Below are positions 31,747-41,189 of a stretch of DNA of 64,000 nucleotides, in pieces; the stretch's first letter is position 1; the number at the start of each line of letters is the position of its first letter. The notes under the pieces were generated by a model. The model had not been told where the DNA came from. It saw only the letters and a program-made list of their open reading frames with translations, and made no database searches. The stretch comes from an uncultured bacterium (GTDB lineage Bacteria; Krumholzibacteriota; Krumholzibacteriia; LZORAL124-64-63): the NCBI GenBank assembly GCA_963732385.1, contig CAVSZB010000007.1, positions 416,001 to 480,000 on the forward strand, given 5' to 3'. The position numbers and the translations under genes were made by a program.

Positions 31747-33823
31747 GTGTCACCACCGTTCCGGCCGGTTGCACGAGCGAGGCGGAGGCCACCTCGGTGT
31801 AGCCCATCACGGCCAGGCTTGGGTAGGTCGGCTCAACGAGCCGTTTGATGAAGAATCGGATGGGTGTCGGCACCAGCAGCACTGGCGGCCGTCCCTGCGC
31901 GTAGGCGCCCTGTAGCGCCGCTTCGAGACGTTCCAGGAACTCCTGGGCGAAACGCGGATCGAGCAGCACGGCACCCGCCTTGTCGGAATCGCGGGCGGCG
32001 CGGGTGAGCACCTGCTCGGTTTCGGGGTGCAGCGAAACGACGTGGATCTTGCCGTCCGCCTCCGTGTAGAGCGCCGAGATCGACCGACGCAGCGCCTCCC
32101 GCACCTTCTCCACGAGGTCGTCCAGGGAGATCGCGGCTCCGGTGTGGTTGGCCAGCGTTTCGAGGATCGTCACGATGTCGCGCACCGGCACCCGCTCGTG
32201 CAACAGCGATCGCAGCACGTTGTGCAGCGTGTTGACCGGCACCTTGTCCGGCACGAGGTCCTCGATGAGCGCGGGCGCGAACTCGCGCACCTTCTCGCAG
32301 AGCTCCTTGATATCCTGCCGTGAGAGCAGCTCGTCGGCATGGGCGCGGATGATTTCCGACAGATGGGTGGCGAGCACCGCCGCCGGCTCCACGACCGTGT
32401 AGCCCTCCAGTTCGGCGGCGGCCTTGTGGTGCGGCTCGATCCAGAGCGCCGGCAACCGGAACGCCGGCTCGGTCGTGCGCACGCCCGGCACCTCCCCCTC
32501 GCCGGGACGCAGGCTCATCGCCAGCAGGCGGTTCTGCATCAGGCCGGCCCGTGCGATCTCCACGCCCTTGAGCCGGATCAGGTAGCTGTGGGCCTCCAGT
32601 TGCAGGTTGTCCCGCACGCGGATCGGATGGACGAAGATTCCGAGCTCCGATCCGATCTGCCGGCGCACGCTGGCGATCCGCCGCAGCAGGTCGCCTCCGC
32701 GCGCCTCGTCCACCAGGGGGATCAGTCCGTAGCCGATTTCCAGTTCGAGACGATCGAGCACGAACAGATCCTCGCCCCGCGGTTCGTCCGTCGGCGGTGG
32801 TGTGTCCGGTTCGTCGGCTGCTTCCGCCTCCTCGACCATGGAGATCTCCATCGCGTTGACCCGCCCGCCCATCAACTTTCCGATGCCGAACGTTGCGGCG
32901 CCGAGCACCAGAAACGGCAGATTCGGCAGGCCCGGCACCAGCCCGAGCACGATCAGGGCCCCCGCCGCCACGTTCACCGCGCGCGACTGGCGGAACAGCT
33001 GCAACGCGAGCGTCTGGCCGAGATCGAGGTTGCCGCTCTGTCGCGTCACGACCATGCCGGCCGCGGTCGAGACGATCAGCGCCGGGATCTGGGTGACCAG
33101 ACCGTCGCCGACCGTCAACATCGTAAACCGTCGGATAGCCTCTCCGGCCGGCAGCTTCAGCTGCACCATGCCGATGATGAAGCCACCCAGGATGTTGATG
33201 ACCGTGATGATGATGCCGGCGATGGCGTCGCCCCGGACGAACTTGCTGGCACCGTCCATGGCGCCGAAGAACTCGGCTTCGGAGGCGATCTGGGCGCGTC
33301 GCGTGCGCGCGTCGCGCTCGTTGATGAGCCCGCTGTTGAGATCGGCGTCGATCGCCATCTGCTTGCCGGGCATCGCGTCGAGGGTGAAGCGCGCCGCCAC
33401 CTCGGCGATGCGCCCGGAACCCTTCGTGATCACCATGAAGTTTACGATCACCACGATGCCGAACACGATGACACCGATGATGTAATTGCCACCGATGACG
33501 AAGTGGCCGAAGCTCTCGATGACCTTCCCACCCTGGCCGCTGCTGAGGATAAGGCGCGTGGCGGCCACGTTGAGGGAGAGCCGGAACAGCGTGACGATCA
33601 GCAACAGCGACGGAAAGCTCGAGAACTGCAGGGGCTCCTTCAGGTAGAGCGCCACCAGCAGGATGATGATCGACAGTGCGATGTCGAAGGTGATCAGCAG
33701 ATCCAGCGCGATCGCCGGCACCGGCAGGATCATCAACCCCACCACGGCCAGCACCATGATGGCGCTAGCCAGGTTGCTGTTGGCCAGCAGCAGATCGCGG
33801 TCGATGCCCTTGTCCTGTGCCAC
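31712..33823 (-). CDS. flhA: Flagellar export protein FlhA
   Basis: FPSLLLIVTLFRLSLNVAATR, AEVAARFTLDAMPGKQMAIDADL, FFGAMDGASKFVRGDA. Confidence 0.98.
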   Translation of the reverse strand: MAQDKGIDRDLLLANSNLASAIMVLAVVGLMILPVPAIALDLLITFDIALSIIILLVALYLKEPLQFSSFPSLLLIVTLFRLSLNVAATRLILSSGQGGKVIESFGHFVIGGNYIIGVIVFGIVVIVNFMVITKGSGRIAEVAARFTLDAMPGKQMAIDADLNSGLINERDARTRRAQIASEAEFFGAMDGASKFVRGDAIAGIIITVINILGGFIIGMVQLKLPAGEAIRRFTMLTVGDGLVTQIPALIVSTAAGMVVTRQSGNLDLGQTLALQLFRQSRAVNVAAGALIVLGLVPGLPNLPFLVLGAATFGIGKLMGGRVNAMEISMVEEAEAADEPDTPPPTDEPRGEDLFVLDRLELEIGYGLIPLVDEARGGDLLRRIASVRRQIGSELGIFVHPIRVRDNLQLEAHSYLIRLKGVEIARAGLMQNRLLAMSLRPGEGEVPGVRTTEPAFRLPALWIEPHHKAAAELEGYTVVEPAAVLATHLSEIIRAHADELLSRQDIKELCEKVREFAPALIEDLVPDKVPVNTLHNVLRSLLHERVPVRDIVTILETLANHTGAAISLDDLVEKVREALRRSISALYTEADGKIHVVSLHPETEQVLTRAARDSDKAGAVLLDPRFAQEFLERLEAALQGAYAQGRPPVLLVPTPIRFFIKRLVEPTYPSLAVMGYTEVASASLVQPAGTVVTRGLRSEQQAVA

Positions 33824-33837
33824 GCTCCGTTACCTTT

Positions 33838-34899
33838 CTAGGCCCGCTTGAGTCTGTACACGTAGGCCAGCACTTCGGCCACCGCCTGGAAGAGGCTTTC
33901 CGGGATGAACGCTCCCACCTTGACCATGCGGTAAAGCGACCGCGCCAGCGGCTTGTTCTCGAGCACCGGCACGCGCGCTTCCCGCGCGAGGCGCTTGATG
34001 GTCTGGGCCAGCCGGTCCCGACCTTTCGCCAGCACGCGCGGGGCCGCCTCGCCCGGGGTATAGCGCAGGGCGACGGCGAAGTGATCGGGGTTCGTCACGA
34101 TGACGTCGGCCCGGTGCACGTCGGCCAGCATGCGCCGGCGGGAGGCCTCGAACTGGATGTGACGCACGCGGGCCTTGATCTCCGGATCGCCCTCGAGGTC
34201 CTTGTGCTCCTGTTTGACCTCCTGGCGCGACATCTTGAGATTCTCCTCGTACTGCCACTTCTGGAAGATCCAGTCGCCGACCGCGAGGATCGCGAGGAAA
34301 GCCAGCAGCCAGTACAGCATCTTGGCGAAGGCAAGGCGTCCGAGGTGCGTGATGCCGTCGAGGGACAGCAGCGGCGAGGCGGCAAGATCCCAGATCACGC
34401 TGCGGATCGTGGCCCAGGCCAGCAGTGCGATGAGCACGATCTTGAGAATGTTCTTGAGCAGAGTGAAGCCGACGCGCTTGGCGAAGAATTGCTTCAGGCC
34501 GGAGATGGGGTTGAGCCGGGTCGGATCGAAACCCACCGCTCCGGCCCGCACATGGAAACCGATCTGCATCAGGTTCGCCCCGGCGCCGGCCACGAATACT
34601 CCAAGCATCAGCGGCGCCAGCGCTTCCAGCATCACGAGCAGGTTCCCACCCGCCAGAGCGGAGATCGCGCCGGAATTGTCCACGCGCAACGCATGCGCCT
34701 GCCCGAAGAGGTAGATCGCGTTGCGACCCATGACCGTACTCATGTGCCCGGCCCCGGCGAGGATCAGGCTGACGCCCGCCAGCAGGACGATGGCCGCGTT
34801 GACCTCGTCGCTGCGCACGACCTGACCCTTGTCGCGGGCCTCGTCACGCCGGCGCCCGGTTGCTCGTTCGGTGCGATCGCCACCTGGGCCGTCAGCCAT
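33838..34899 (-). CDS. flhB: Flagellar export protein FlhB
   Basis: RTERAT..ARDKGQV, LKMSRQEVKQEHK..EGDP, autocleavage site NPDH, LARSLY. Confidence 0.97.
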   Translation of the reverse strand: MADGPGGDRTERATGRRRDEARDKGQVVRSDEVNAAIVLLAGVSLILAGAGHMSTVMGRNAIYLFGQAHALRVDNSGAISALAGGNLLVMLEALAPLMLGVFVAGAGANLMQIGFHVRAGAVGFDPTRLNPISGLKQFFAKRVGFTLLKNILKIVLIALLAWATIRSVIWDLAASPLLSLDGITHLGRLAFAKMLYWLLAFLAILAVGDWIFQKWQYEENLKMSRQEVKQEHKDLEGDPEIKARVRHIQFEASRRRMLADVHRADVIVTNPDHFAVALRYTPGEAAPRVLAKGRDRLAQTIKRLAREARVPVLENKPLARSLYRMVKVGAFIPESLFQAVAEVLAYVYRLKRA

Positions 34900-34940
34900 C
34901 GTTCACCACCTTTGGGCGGCCGTGTCGGCCGCCCCGCGCG

Positions 34941-35726
34941 TCAGGTGTGCAGCGCGAGCAACAGCCGCTCGAGCTGGCCCGACATCCCCTGCAGCAGAAT
35001 CATGAACACCTGGTTGAACCAGGAGAGCGACAGGCCGAGCACGGCAAGTCCGACGGCGATCTGGATCGGGAACCCGATCACGATAATGTTGATCTGGGGC
35101 ACGGTCTTGACGATCACGCCCATGGCCGCGCTCACCAGCATCAGCACCACCACGCACGGCGCGCCAGCCTGCAGCCCGAGACGAAAAAAGGCGCCGAACT
35201 CGTCGACCAGCAGCCAGGAACCCGCCGCGCCGTCGATCGGCGAGAACAGAGGCACCAGGGTGCAAGACGCCACCAGCGCCCGCAACAGGGCGTGGTGGGC
35301 GTCGACAGCGAAGAACAGCAGGACCGCCAGCAGGTTGTAGAAGTTCGAGAGCAGCGACAGCTGCAGACCGCTCGCCGGGTCGATGATGTTGGCGATCGAG
35401 AAGCCGATCTTCACGTCGATGATCTGCCCCGCGAATTTCACCGCCTCGAACGGGATGCTCAGGCTGACGGCGAGCAGGGCCCCGATCAGGCAGGAGCGCG
35501 CCGCTTCGGCCACGATCGTCGTCCAGTTGAGCACGATCGCCTGCGGCGGCAACAGAGCGCGGACGGTGGGCGCCAGCGCCGCAGCCGTCACGACCGCCAG
35601 CGCCACCCGCCACAGCACGGGCACCGCGCGCGACCCGAGGAAAGGCAGCAGCGCCGCAAGCACGGAGAGTCGCAGCGCAATCGCCGCACCCACCGCCAGC
35701 AGGGGAAGGTCGAGAGCGAGTGTCAC
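34941..35726 (-). CDS. fliR: Flagellar export protein FliR
   Basis: Hydrophobic; AGQIID..IGF..ANIIDP, KTVPQINI..IGFP; lies between fliQ and flhB. Confidence 0.93.
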   Translation of the reverse strand: MTLALDLPLLAVGAAIALRLSVLAALLPFLGSRAVPVLWRVALAVVTAAALAPTVRALLPPQAIVLNWTTIVAEAARSCLIGALLAVSLSIPFEAVKFAGQIIDVKIGFSIANIIDPASGLQLSLLSNFYNLLAVLLFFAVDAHHALLRALVASCTLVPLFSPIDGAAGSWLLVDEFGAFFRLGLQAGAPCVVVLMLVSAAMGVIVKTVPQINIIVIGFPIQIAVGLAVLGLSLSWFNQVFMILLQGMSGQLERLLLALHT

Positions 35727-35732
35727 GTCGGC

Positions 35733-35996
35733 CTACATCGCAGCGATCCGCGCGAAGATTCCGCGCGTGAACGCCGTCATCTGGGCAATCATCCAGGGCA
35801 GCGTCAGCACCATGACCAGCATGACGACCACGATCTTCGGCACGAAGGTCATCGTCATCTCGTTGATCTGGGTGGCCGCCTGCACGATGCTGATGATCAG
35901 GCCCACCAGCATCCCCGCCAGGAGCATCGGGCCTGCCACCAGGAGTGTGACGCGCAGCGCCTGTTGCGCGAGATCGATCACCGAATCAGCCGTCAT
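35733..35996 (-). CDS. fliQ: Flagellar export protein FliQ
   Basis: MTADSVIDLAQQAL..QAATQINEMTMTFVPK..LPWM; true start is the ATG at 35996. Confidence 0.95.
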   Translation of the reverse strand: MTADSVIDLAQQALRVTLLVAGPMLLAGMLVGLIISIVQAATQINEMTMTFVPKIVVVMLVMVLTLPWMIAQMTAFTRGIFARIAAM

Positions 35997-36019
35997 GGTG
36001 CGCCTTTCGCGCGGTCCGC

Positions 36020-36790
36020 CTAATCGAAAGCGGCGACCAGCGACTTGACGATCAGGTGCCATCCGTCCACGAGAACGAACAGCAGCACCTTGAAGGGGAG
36101 ACTTATCATCACGGGCGGCAGCATCATCATGCCCATCGACATCAGGACCGAGGCCACCACCATGTCGAGCACCAGGAACGGGAGGAAGAGCACGAAGCCC
36201 ATCTGGAAAGCGGTCTTCAACTCGCCGATCACGAAACTCGGGATCACCACGAGCAGGGGCAGTTCCTCGGGCGTGGCGGGCGCATCGCGGTTGGTCAACT
36301 CCAGGAACAGTCCCACGTCCTTTTCGCGCACCTGCTTGAGCATGAACGCCTTGAGCGGACTTTCGGCGCGGTGGAATGCCTCGCCCTGCGTGATCTCGTG
36401 CTGGAGATAGGGCTGAAGCGCGTTCTGGTTGATGTCGGTGAAGACCGGCGACATGATCACGAACGTGAGGAACAGCGACAGGCCGATCAGGATCTGGTTG
36501 GAAGGCATCTGGTTGGTGCCCAGCGCCTGGCGCAGGAAACCAAACACGATCACGATGCGCGTGAAACTGGTCAGGAGGATCAGCAGGGCCGGCGCGAGCG
36601 ACAGGACCGTCATCAAAAGGACGATCTCGAGGGCCACGTCGATCGTGGCAGGCCCGCCCGAGCCGTCCAGCGTCAGGGTGACGCTGCGCGGCGCGCCGGG
36701 GGCGGCGGCCCCCTGCGCCGCGGCCACGCCGCTGCAGAGCAACATCGTCGCCAGCGCCAGCCAACCGATCAGTCTTGCCGTCGCCGTCAC
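36020..36790 (-). CDS. fliP: Flagellar export protein FliP
   Basis: TSFTRIVIV..LRQALG, ELKTAFQMGF, MGMMMLPP..ISLPFK..FVLVDGW; GTG start at 36790 with GGAAGGA RBS. Confidence 0.97.
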   Translation of the reverse strand: MTATARLIGWLALATMLLCSGVAAAQGAAAPGAPRSVTLTLDGSGGPATIDVALEIVLLMTVLSLAPALLILLTSFTRIVIVFGFLRQALGTNQMPSNQILIGLSLFLTFVIMSPVFTDINQNALQPYLQHEITQGEAFHRAESPLKAFMLKQVREKDVGLFLELTNRDAPATPEELPLLVVIPSFVIGELKTAFQMGFVLFLPFLVLDMVVASVLMSMGMMMLPPVMISLPFKVLLFVLVDGWHLIVKSLVAAFD

Positions 36791-36851
36791 CGTTCGGTCC
36801 TTCCATGGGAGATGCACCCGTACTCCGGGAGCTCGATGTCCCGGTCGGCAA

Positions 36852-36867
36852 GGCAACGGGCATGCCA
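36852..36867 (-). promoter_or_regulatory. Sigma54 -24/-12 promoter upstream of fliP
   Basis: TGGCATGCCCGTTGCC; an IHF-like AAACAAGGGTTTG lies at 36914-36926. Confidence 0.75.
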
Positions 36868-37034
36868 GCGGGCCGCGGGTCGGGAATTGTGGGCCGTCAC
36901 TTATCGTGCGTAGAAACAAGGGTTTGCGGATATTGCGGGCGGTGTCTGTCAGGCATGAAAATTTGCGCCGGGAGCACCCTCCGCGGCGCGGTCGCATTCC
37001 GGCCACGGGCGATCAGCTTTGGGTCAGGCGCGGG

Positions 37035-37406
37035 TCAGCGCGACGGGCCGCCGTCGCGCGGGACGGCGGGCCGGGCCCCGGCGAGCCAACGGGCCAGACG
37101 GGCCGGCAGTCCGTCCGGGGCGAGAGGCGAGAGCCGCGCGGGATCGGCCTGCCAGGCCTCGAACGGCTCCTCCGCCAGGGACACCAGGGCCCCTTCGCGG
37201 CGGTAGAGGTAGTGCACCCGGTCCTTCAGCCGCACCACTTCGATCTCGCGGCGAGGTCCCAGGGGGATGACGGACAGCAGCGCCGCCTGCCGCGCGCGCG
37301 GGCCGACGTGGAAGCGGGCGAGCAGCCTGAGGAAAAGCGCCAGGAGGGCAAATACGGCGAGCGTGCCGCCGACCGCCTGCCACCAGGAAAATCCGGGCGC
37401 GCCCAT
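37035..37406 (-). CDS. fliO: Flagellar protein FliO/FliZ
   Basis: One TM helix followed by LSVIPLGPRREIEVVRL; lies between fliN and fliP. Confidence 0.75.
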   Translation of the reverse strand: MGAPGFSWWQAVGGTLAVFALLALFLRLLARFHVGPRARQAALLSVIPLGPRREIEVVRLKDRVHYLYRREGALVSLAEEPFEAWQADPARLSPLAPDGLPARLARWLAGARPAVPRDGGPSR

Positions 37407-37408
37407 GG

Positions 37409-37765
37409 TCAGATCAACTTCTTCAGCCGCTCGGCGCGGCTGAGCAGCTTCGTGATGCGCACCGCGAAGCTGTCATCGACCACGACCACCTCGCCGCTGG
37501 CGAGCAGCGCGCCGTTGACCAGGATGTCCACCGGCTCGCTGGCCGGCTTGCCCAGTTCCACCACGGACCCGTTGGACAGATTGAGGATGTCGCGGATCTT
37601 CAGGCGGGTGCGTCCCAGCTCAACCGTGACCCGCAGGTTGACGTCGAGCAACATGCCCAGATTGCGGGTGTCGGGCGCCGCATCGCCGACTTCCTGCTCG
37701 GCGATCGCGCCCTGCGCTTCTTCTCCGGTCACGGGGGCCGTCACCACCAGATCTTCAGTCGCCAT
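37409..37765 (-). CDS. fliN: Flagellar motor switch protein FliN
   Basis: LLDVNLRVTVELGRT..GSVVEL..EPVDILVNG..GEVVVV..FAVRIT. Confidence 0.96.
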   Translation of the reverse strand: MATEDLVVTAPVTGEEAQGAIAEQEVGDAAPDTRNLGMLLDVNLRVTVELGRTRLKIRDILNLSNGSVVELGKPASEPVDILVNGALLASGEVVVVDDSFAVRITKLLSRAERLKKLI

Positions 37766-37769
37766 GCGT

Positions 37770-38780
37770 TCACTCCTCGCTCAGGCGCTCGGTGAGGCGC
37801 AACGCCCGGTGCTGGTGCACCCGGCCGGCCGCGCCCAGCCACAACGGCTTGCCCTCCACCTCGAGGGCAAGGGGCGCGTCGACTGGTTTGTCCAGCGTCA
37901 GCACCTGGCCTTCTTCCAAGGCCATGATCTGCTCCAGGCTCAGCTGCATCTCACCCAGATTCGCCACGGCTTCGACATCCGTGCCGCCGACCAGATCGAG
38001 CACCAGGTCGCGATCCCGCCGCACCGCGGCGGCGGGCCGCGGTTCGCGCGATTCCTCGGGATCGAACAGCACCCGCACCGGCTCGAACCCGGAGATCGGG
38101 ATGCAGAAATTGAGCCGTCCTTCCACATTCTCAAGATGGAAATGGAAATCCAGCACGACCACGCTGTCGCCGGGGGCGAGCGAATTCAGATAACTCGGGT
38201 TGTTCTCCAGGGCGACGCAACGGGGATCGAGCTCCACCAGCCGTCCGGCGGCCATGCGCAACAGATCCATAAATTTCATGATCATGCTGCGCACGATGCT
38301 CAGTTCGATTTCCGTGTACTCGCGATTGCGTGTCTCGGCCTCGGCCGGCCCGCCGAGCAGCTTCTTGATCATGGCGAAGCTGAGTGACAGGTCGAGGTAG
38401 AACAGCGCGCTGCCTTTAAGGGGGGCGAGGGTCAAGACACTGATGCAGGTTGGATTGGGCAGGCCCGCCGCGTATTCGCCGAAGGTCTGCAGGAGCAGGC
38501 GCCGGAATTCCAGGATGCAGTTTGTGCGCAACTGGTTCGTGAAATGGATCGTGGCCGACTTGGCCAGGTTGTCGCAGATGCTGCGCAGGTTCTTCTCGAA
38601 GTTGGGAGAGATGCTGTAAGGACGGCGGAAGTCAAACGTGCTCACAACAGCGAAGTCGGCGGGAGCCTGCTCGCTGACCATCTCGGCCAGCGCCCCCTCC
38701 AGATCCTCGCTCGCATCGCCGGCGGCCTGCGCCAGCAGGGAGTCGATTTCGTCCTGGCTCAGCAGCGAATCCATGAGCAT
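37770..38780 (-). CDS. fliM: Flagellar motor switch protein FliM
   Basis: CheY-binding LSQDEIDSLL, FDFRRP, LLGG..REYTEIE, C-terminal SpoA domain. Confidence 0.95.
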   Translation of the reverse strand: MLMDSLLSQDEIDSLLAQAAGDASEDLEGALAEMVSEQAPADFAVVSTFDFRRPYSISPNFEKNLRSICDNLAKSATIHFTNQLRTNCILEFRRLLLQTFGEYAAGLPNPTCISVLTLAPLKGSALFYLDLSLSFAMIKKLLGGPAEAETRNREYTEIELSIVRSMIMKFMDLLRMAAGRLVELDPRCVALENNPSYLNSLAPGDSVVVLDFHFHLENVEGRLNFCIPISGFEPVRVLFDPEESREPRPAAAVRRDRDLVLDLVGGTDVEAVANLGEMQLSLEQIMALEEGQVLTLDKPVDAPLALEVEGKPLWLGAAGRVHQHRALRLTERLSEE

Positions 38781-38816
38781 CCCCTGCCCGCGCGGCGACG
38801 GCCCGCGCAGGCTCCA

Positions 38817-39353
38817 CTACTGGATCATCAGGTCCGAGAAATAGACGTTCAACAGTGCGCCAGGCGGCAGTTTCTCGCTCAGACGGCGCATGATCTCCTG
38901 CCGCGCCTCTTCCTTGCCCGCCGGGGCGAGCAGATCCGCTGACGTGCGGCTCGAAAGGGTCATAATCACCATGTCGCGCAGTTGCGGCAGACGCTCTTCC
39001 ATCGCCTTGGCCAGTTTGGGATCGGCGATCTCGACACCGACGTTCGTGCGCGCATAGTGCGGCGTGCCCCCTTCACCCTGCAGGGTGATGATCATCTCCT
39101 CGAGACTGACGATCTCGCCCTCCTTCTCAGGACCGGCCGCCTCCGCGCCGCCGTGGCCAGCCCCGGCCGCCGCCTCGGCCACCACTGCCCCCGCCTCGAG
39201 CTTCGGCGCGATGAAGAATTTCGTCACCGCCAGGGCCGTGAGCGCCTGGACGATGACGATCACGCCCAGCAACACCACCTTGTTGTCGAGCAGCGCGCCC
39301 AGCTTCGGTTTGGCCTTCGGCGCCGGGGCCGCTTCGTTCTTTTCCTCCGCCAT
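38817..39353 (-). CDS. fliL: Flagellar basal body protein FliL
   Basis: Single TM helix, PQLRD..LSSRT..GKE, C-terminal VYFSDLMIQ. Confidence 0.92.
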   Translation of the reverse strand: MAEEKNEAAPAPKAKPKLGALLDNKVVLLGVIVIVQALTALAVTKFFIAPKLEAGAVVAEAAAGAGHGGAEAAGPEKEGEIVSLEEMIITLQGEGGTPHYARTNVGVEIADPKLAKAMEERLPQLRDMVIMTLSSRTSADLLAPAGKEEARQEIMRRLSEKLPPGALLNVYFSDLMIQ

Positions 39354-39383
39354 GGGGATCGCCTCGCCTTCCGGGTCAGGCGC

Positions 39384-40082
39384 CTAGCGGCGCCACTCCA
39401 TCAGGATCTCGACGCGCCGGTTGCGCGCTCTTTCTTCGAGTGTCTCGTTGCCTGCCACCGGTCGATACTCTCCGTACCCCGCTGCCGACAGGCGCTCCGG
39501 CGCCAGCCCCTCAGCCTGGAACGTCCGCGCCACCGCCACCGCCCGCGCCGCCGACAACTCCCAGTTGCTCTCGAACCGGGACGTGCGGATCGGCACGGCG
39601 TCGGTGTGCCCCTCGACCCGTACCGGGTGCGGGAAGGGGGCCAGAAAGCCTCCCAGGGCCTTCAGGAGAACTTCCGCCTCGGGACGCAGGTCCGCGCGGC
39701 CGGAAGCGAAGAGAAACGGCGCGTTGACCCGGATCGCTACGCCCCGCTCCGTAACCTCGATGTCCACTTCCCTATCCAGCCCGGCGGCAAGCAGGGATTG
39801 TTCCAGTTCCCGGGCGCTATCGGTGGCCTCCTGGCGCTTCCGGGCCAATTCACGCGCCGCGGCCACCTCTGGCAACTGGAGGACTGTCGGGGGATAGGAA
39901 GTCAGCCCGAAGGCCCCCCGCAGGGAGACTGCGGCTTCATGGAACTTGGTTTCCTGAATGGTCGAAAAACTTACAAGCAGGACGAAAAACACGAGCAGCA
40001 GCGCCATCAGGTCGCCGTAGGTCATTATCCAGGAGGGGTTGTCTCCCCGCTCTTCCGGCGCCGCCCTCCGACGTCCGTTCAT
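39384..40082 (-). CDS. motB: Stator protein MotB/PomB
   Basis: WIMTYGDLMALLLVFFVLL; OmpA domain VEGHTD..SNWELSAARA..NRRVEI. Confidence 0.96.
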   Translation of the reverse strand: MNGRRRAAPEERGDNPSWIMTYGDLMALLLVFFVLLVSFSTIQETKFHEAAVSLRGAFGLTSYPPTVLQLPEVAAARELARKRQEATDSARELEQSLLAAGLDREVDIEVTERGVAIRVNAPFLFASGRADLRPEAEVLLKALGGFLAPFPHPVRVEGHTDAVPIRTSRFESNWELSAARAVAVARTFQAEGLAPERLSAAGYGEYRPVAGNETLEERARNRRVEILMEWRR

Positions 40083-40099
40083 GGCTCCTCCCGGCGGCC

Positions 40100-40894
40100 T
40101 CAGACGGCGCGTCGGACCTGCTGCTCGCGCGCCACGTCGAGGCGCCGACGCAGCGTCGGCGACAGGAAGGCGCGCAGTTTCTCCTCCACGATGCGCGGCG
40201 AATCGCCGCTCTGAATGGCGAGAATACCGTCGATGATCATCTCCCGGTGCAGGATCTCCTCCTCGGATCTGGCCCCCAGCTTGCCGGCCAGCGGCAAAAA
40301 GAGCACGTTCGCCAGGATGGCGCCGTAGAACGTGGTCACCAGCGCCACCGACATGCCGGGGCCGATCATTTCGGGATTTTCCATATGCGCGAGCATCTGG
40401 ATCAGTCCGATCAGCGTGCCGATCATGCCGAACGCGGGCGCGTAGTTGCCACCGGCCTGCAGCAACCGCCGCCCCTCGCGGTGTCGGATCTCCAGCTGGG
40501 CGATGTCGGTCTCCATGATCTTCTGCAGCAGGTGCGGATCGGTGCCGTCGACCGCAAGGCGCAGCCCCTTGCGCAGGAACTCGTCGTCTTCGTTTTCGGA
40601 CGCCGCCTCCAGCGCCAGCATGCCGTCCTTCCGCGCGTGCTCCGCGAACACGACCATGCGCGCGATCATCGCTTCCGCATCGATCGCCCGGTGGAAAACC
40701 GTCTTGCGCAGGACCGCCACGACATTGCGCACCCGGCCGAACGGAAAGTTCGCCAGGATGGAGGCCGTGGTTCCCCCGAGCACGATGATCATGGACGGCA
40801 CGTGAACGAACTGGCTCAACGAGCCGCCGAGGAAGACGGCCCAGATAATCATGCCGAAGCCGCAGATCAGTCCCAGCAGGGTCGCGATATCCAC
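40100..40894 (-). CDS. motA: Stator protein MotA/PomA
   Basis: VDIATLLG start (GTG 40894), ARKDGMLALE, PAFGMIGTLIGL, ALVTTFYG. Confidence 0.96.
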   Translation of the reverse strand: MDIATLLGLICGFGMIIWAVFLGGSLSQFVHVPSMIIVLGGTTASILANFPFGRVRNVVAVLRKTVFHRAIDAEAMIARMVVFAEHARKDGMLALEAASENEDDEFLRKGLRLAVDGTDPHLLQKIMETDIAQLEIRHREGRRLLQAGGNYAPAFGMIGTLIGLIQMLAHMENPEMIGPGMSVALVTTFYGAILANVLFLPLAGKLGARSEEEILHREMIIDGILAIQSGDSPRIVEEKLRAFLSPTLRRRLDVAREQQVRRAV

Positions 40895-40920
40895 CTGGCT
40901 CTCCTCTGTACCGGCGCGCG

Positions 40921-41154
40921 TCAGCGGGACTGGTCGTCGAAGATCGAACCGTCCCCGCCGGCCGGCACGACCACGGTCCGCGCCGTCCGGCGGTAAGCGA
41001 CCGCCTTGCCCACCACCTCGTCGAGCGCCTCGCGCACCATGATCTTGCGACCGGTGGTGAGGCTGATCAGGGTGTCGGGTGTGCTTTCGACGAACTCGAT
41101 GAGATCGGCGTTCACGACCAGCTCGCTCCCATTGAGTTTCGTGACTTTGATCAT
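40921..41154 (-). CDS. flbD: Flagellar FlbD/SwrD family protein
   Basis: MIKVTKLNG..VNADLIEFVESTPDTLISLTTGRKIMVRE; lies between flgE and motA. Confidence 0.9.
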   Translation of the reverse strand: MIKVTKLNGSELVVNADLIEFVESTPDTLISLTTGRKIMVREALDEVVGKAVAYRRTARTVVVPAGGDGSIFDDQSR

Positions 41155-41189
41155 CGCCTTTAGCTCCTTCGCCGCCGTGCGCGCGATCA

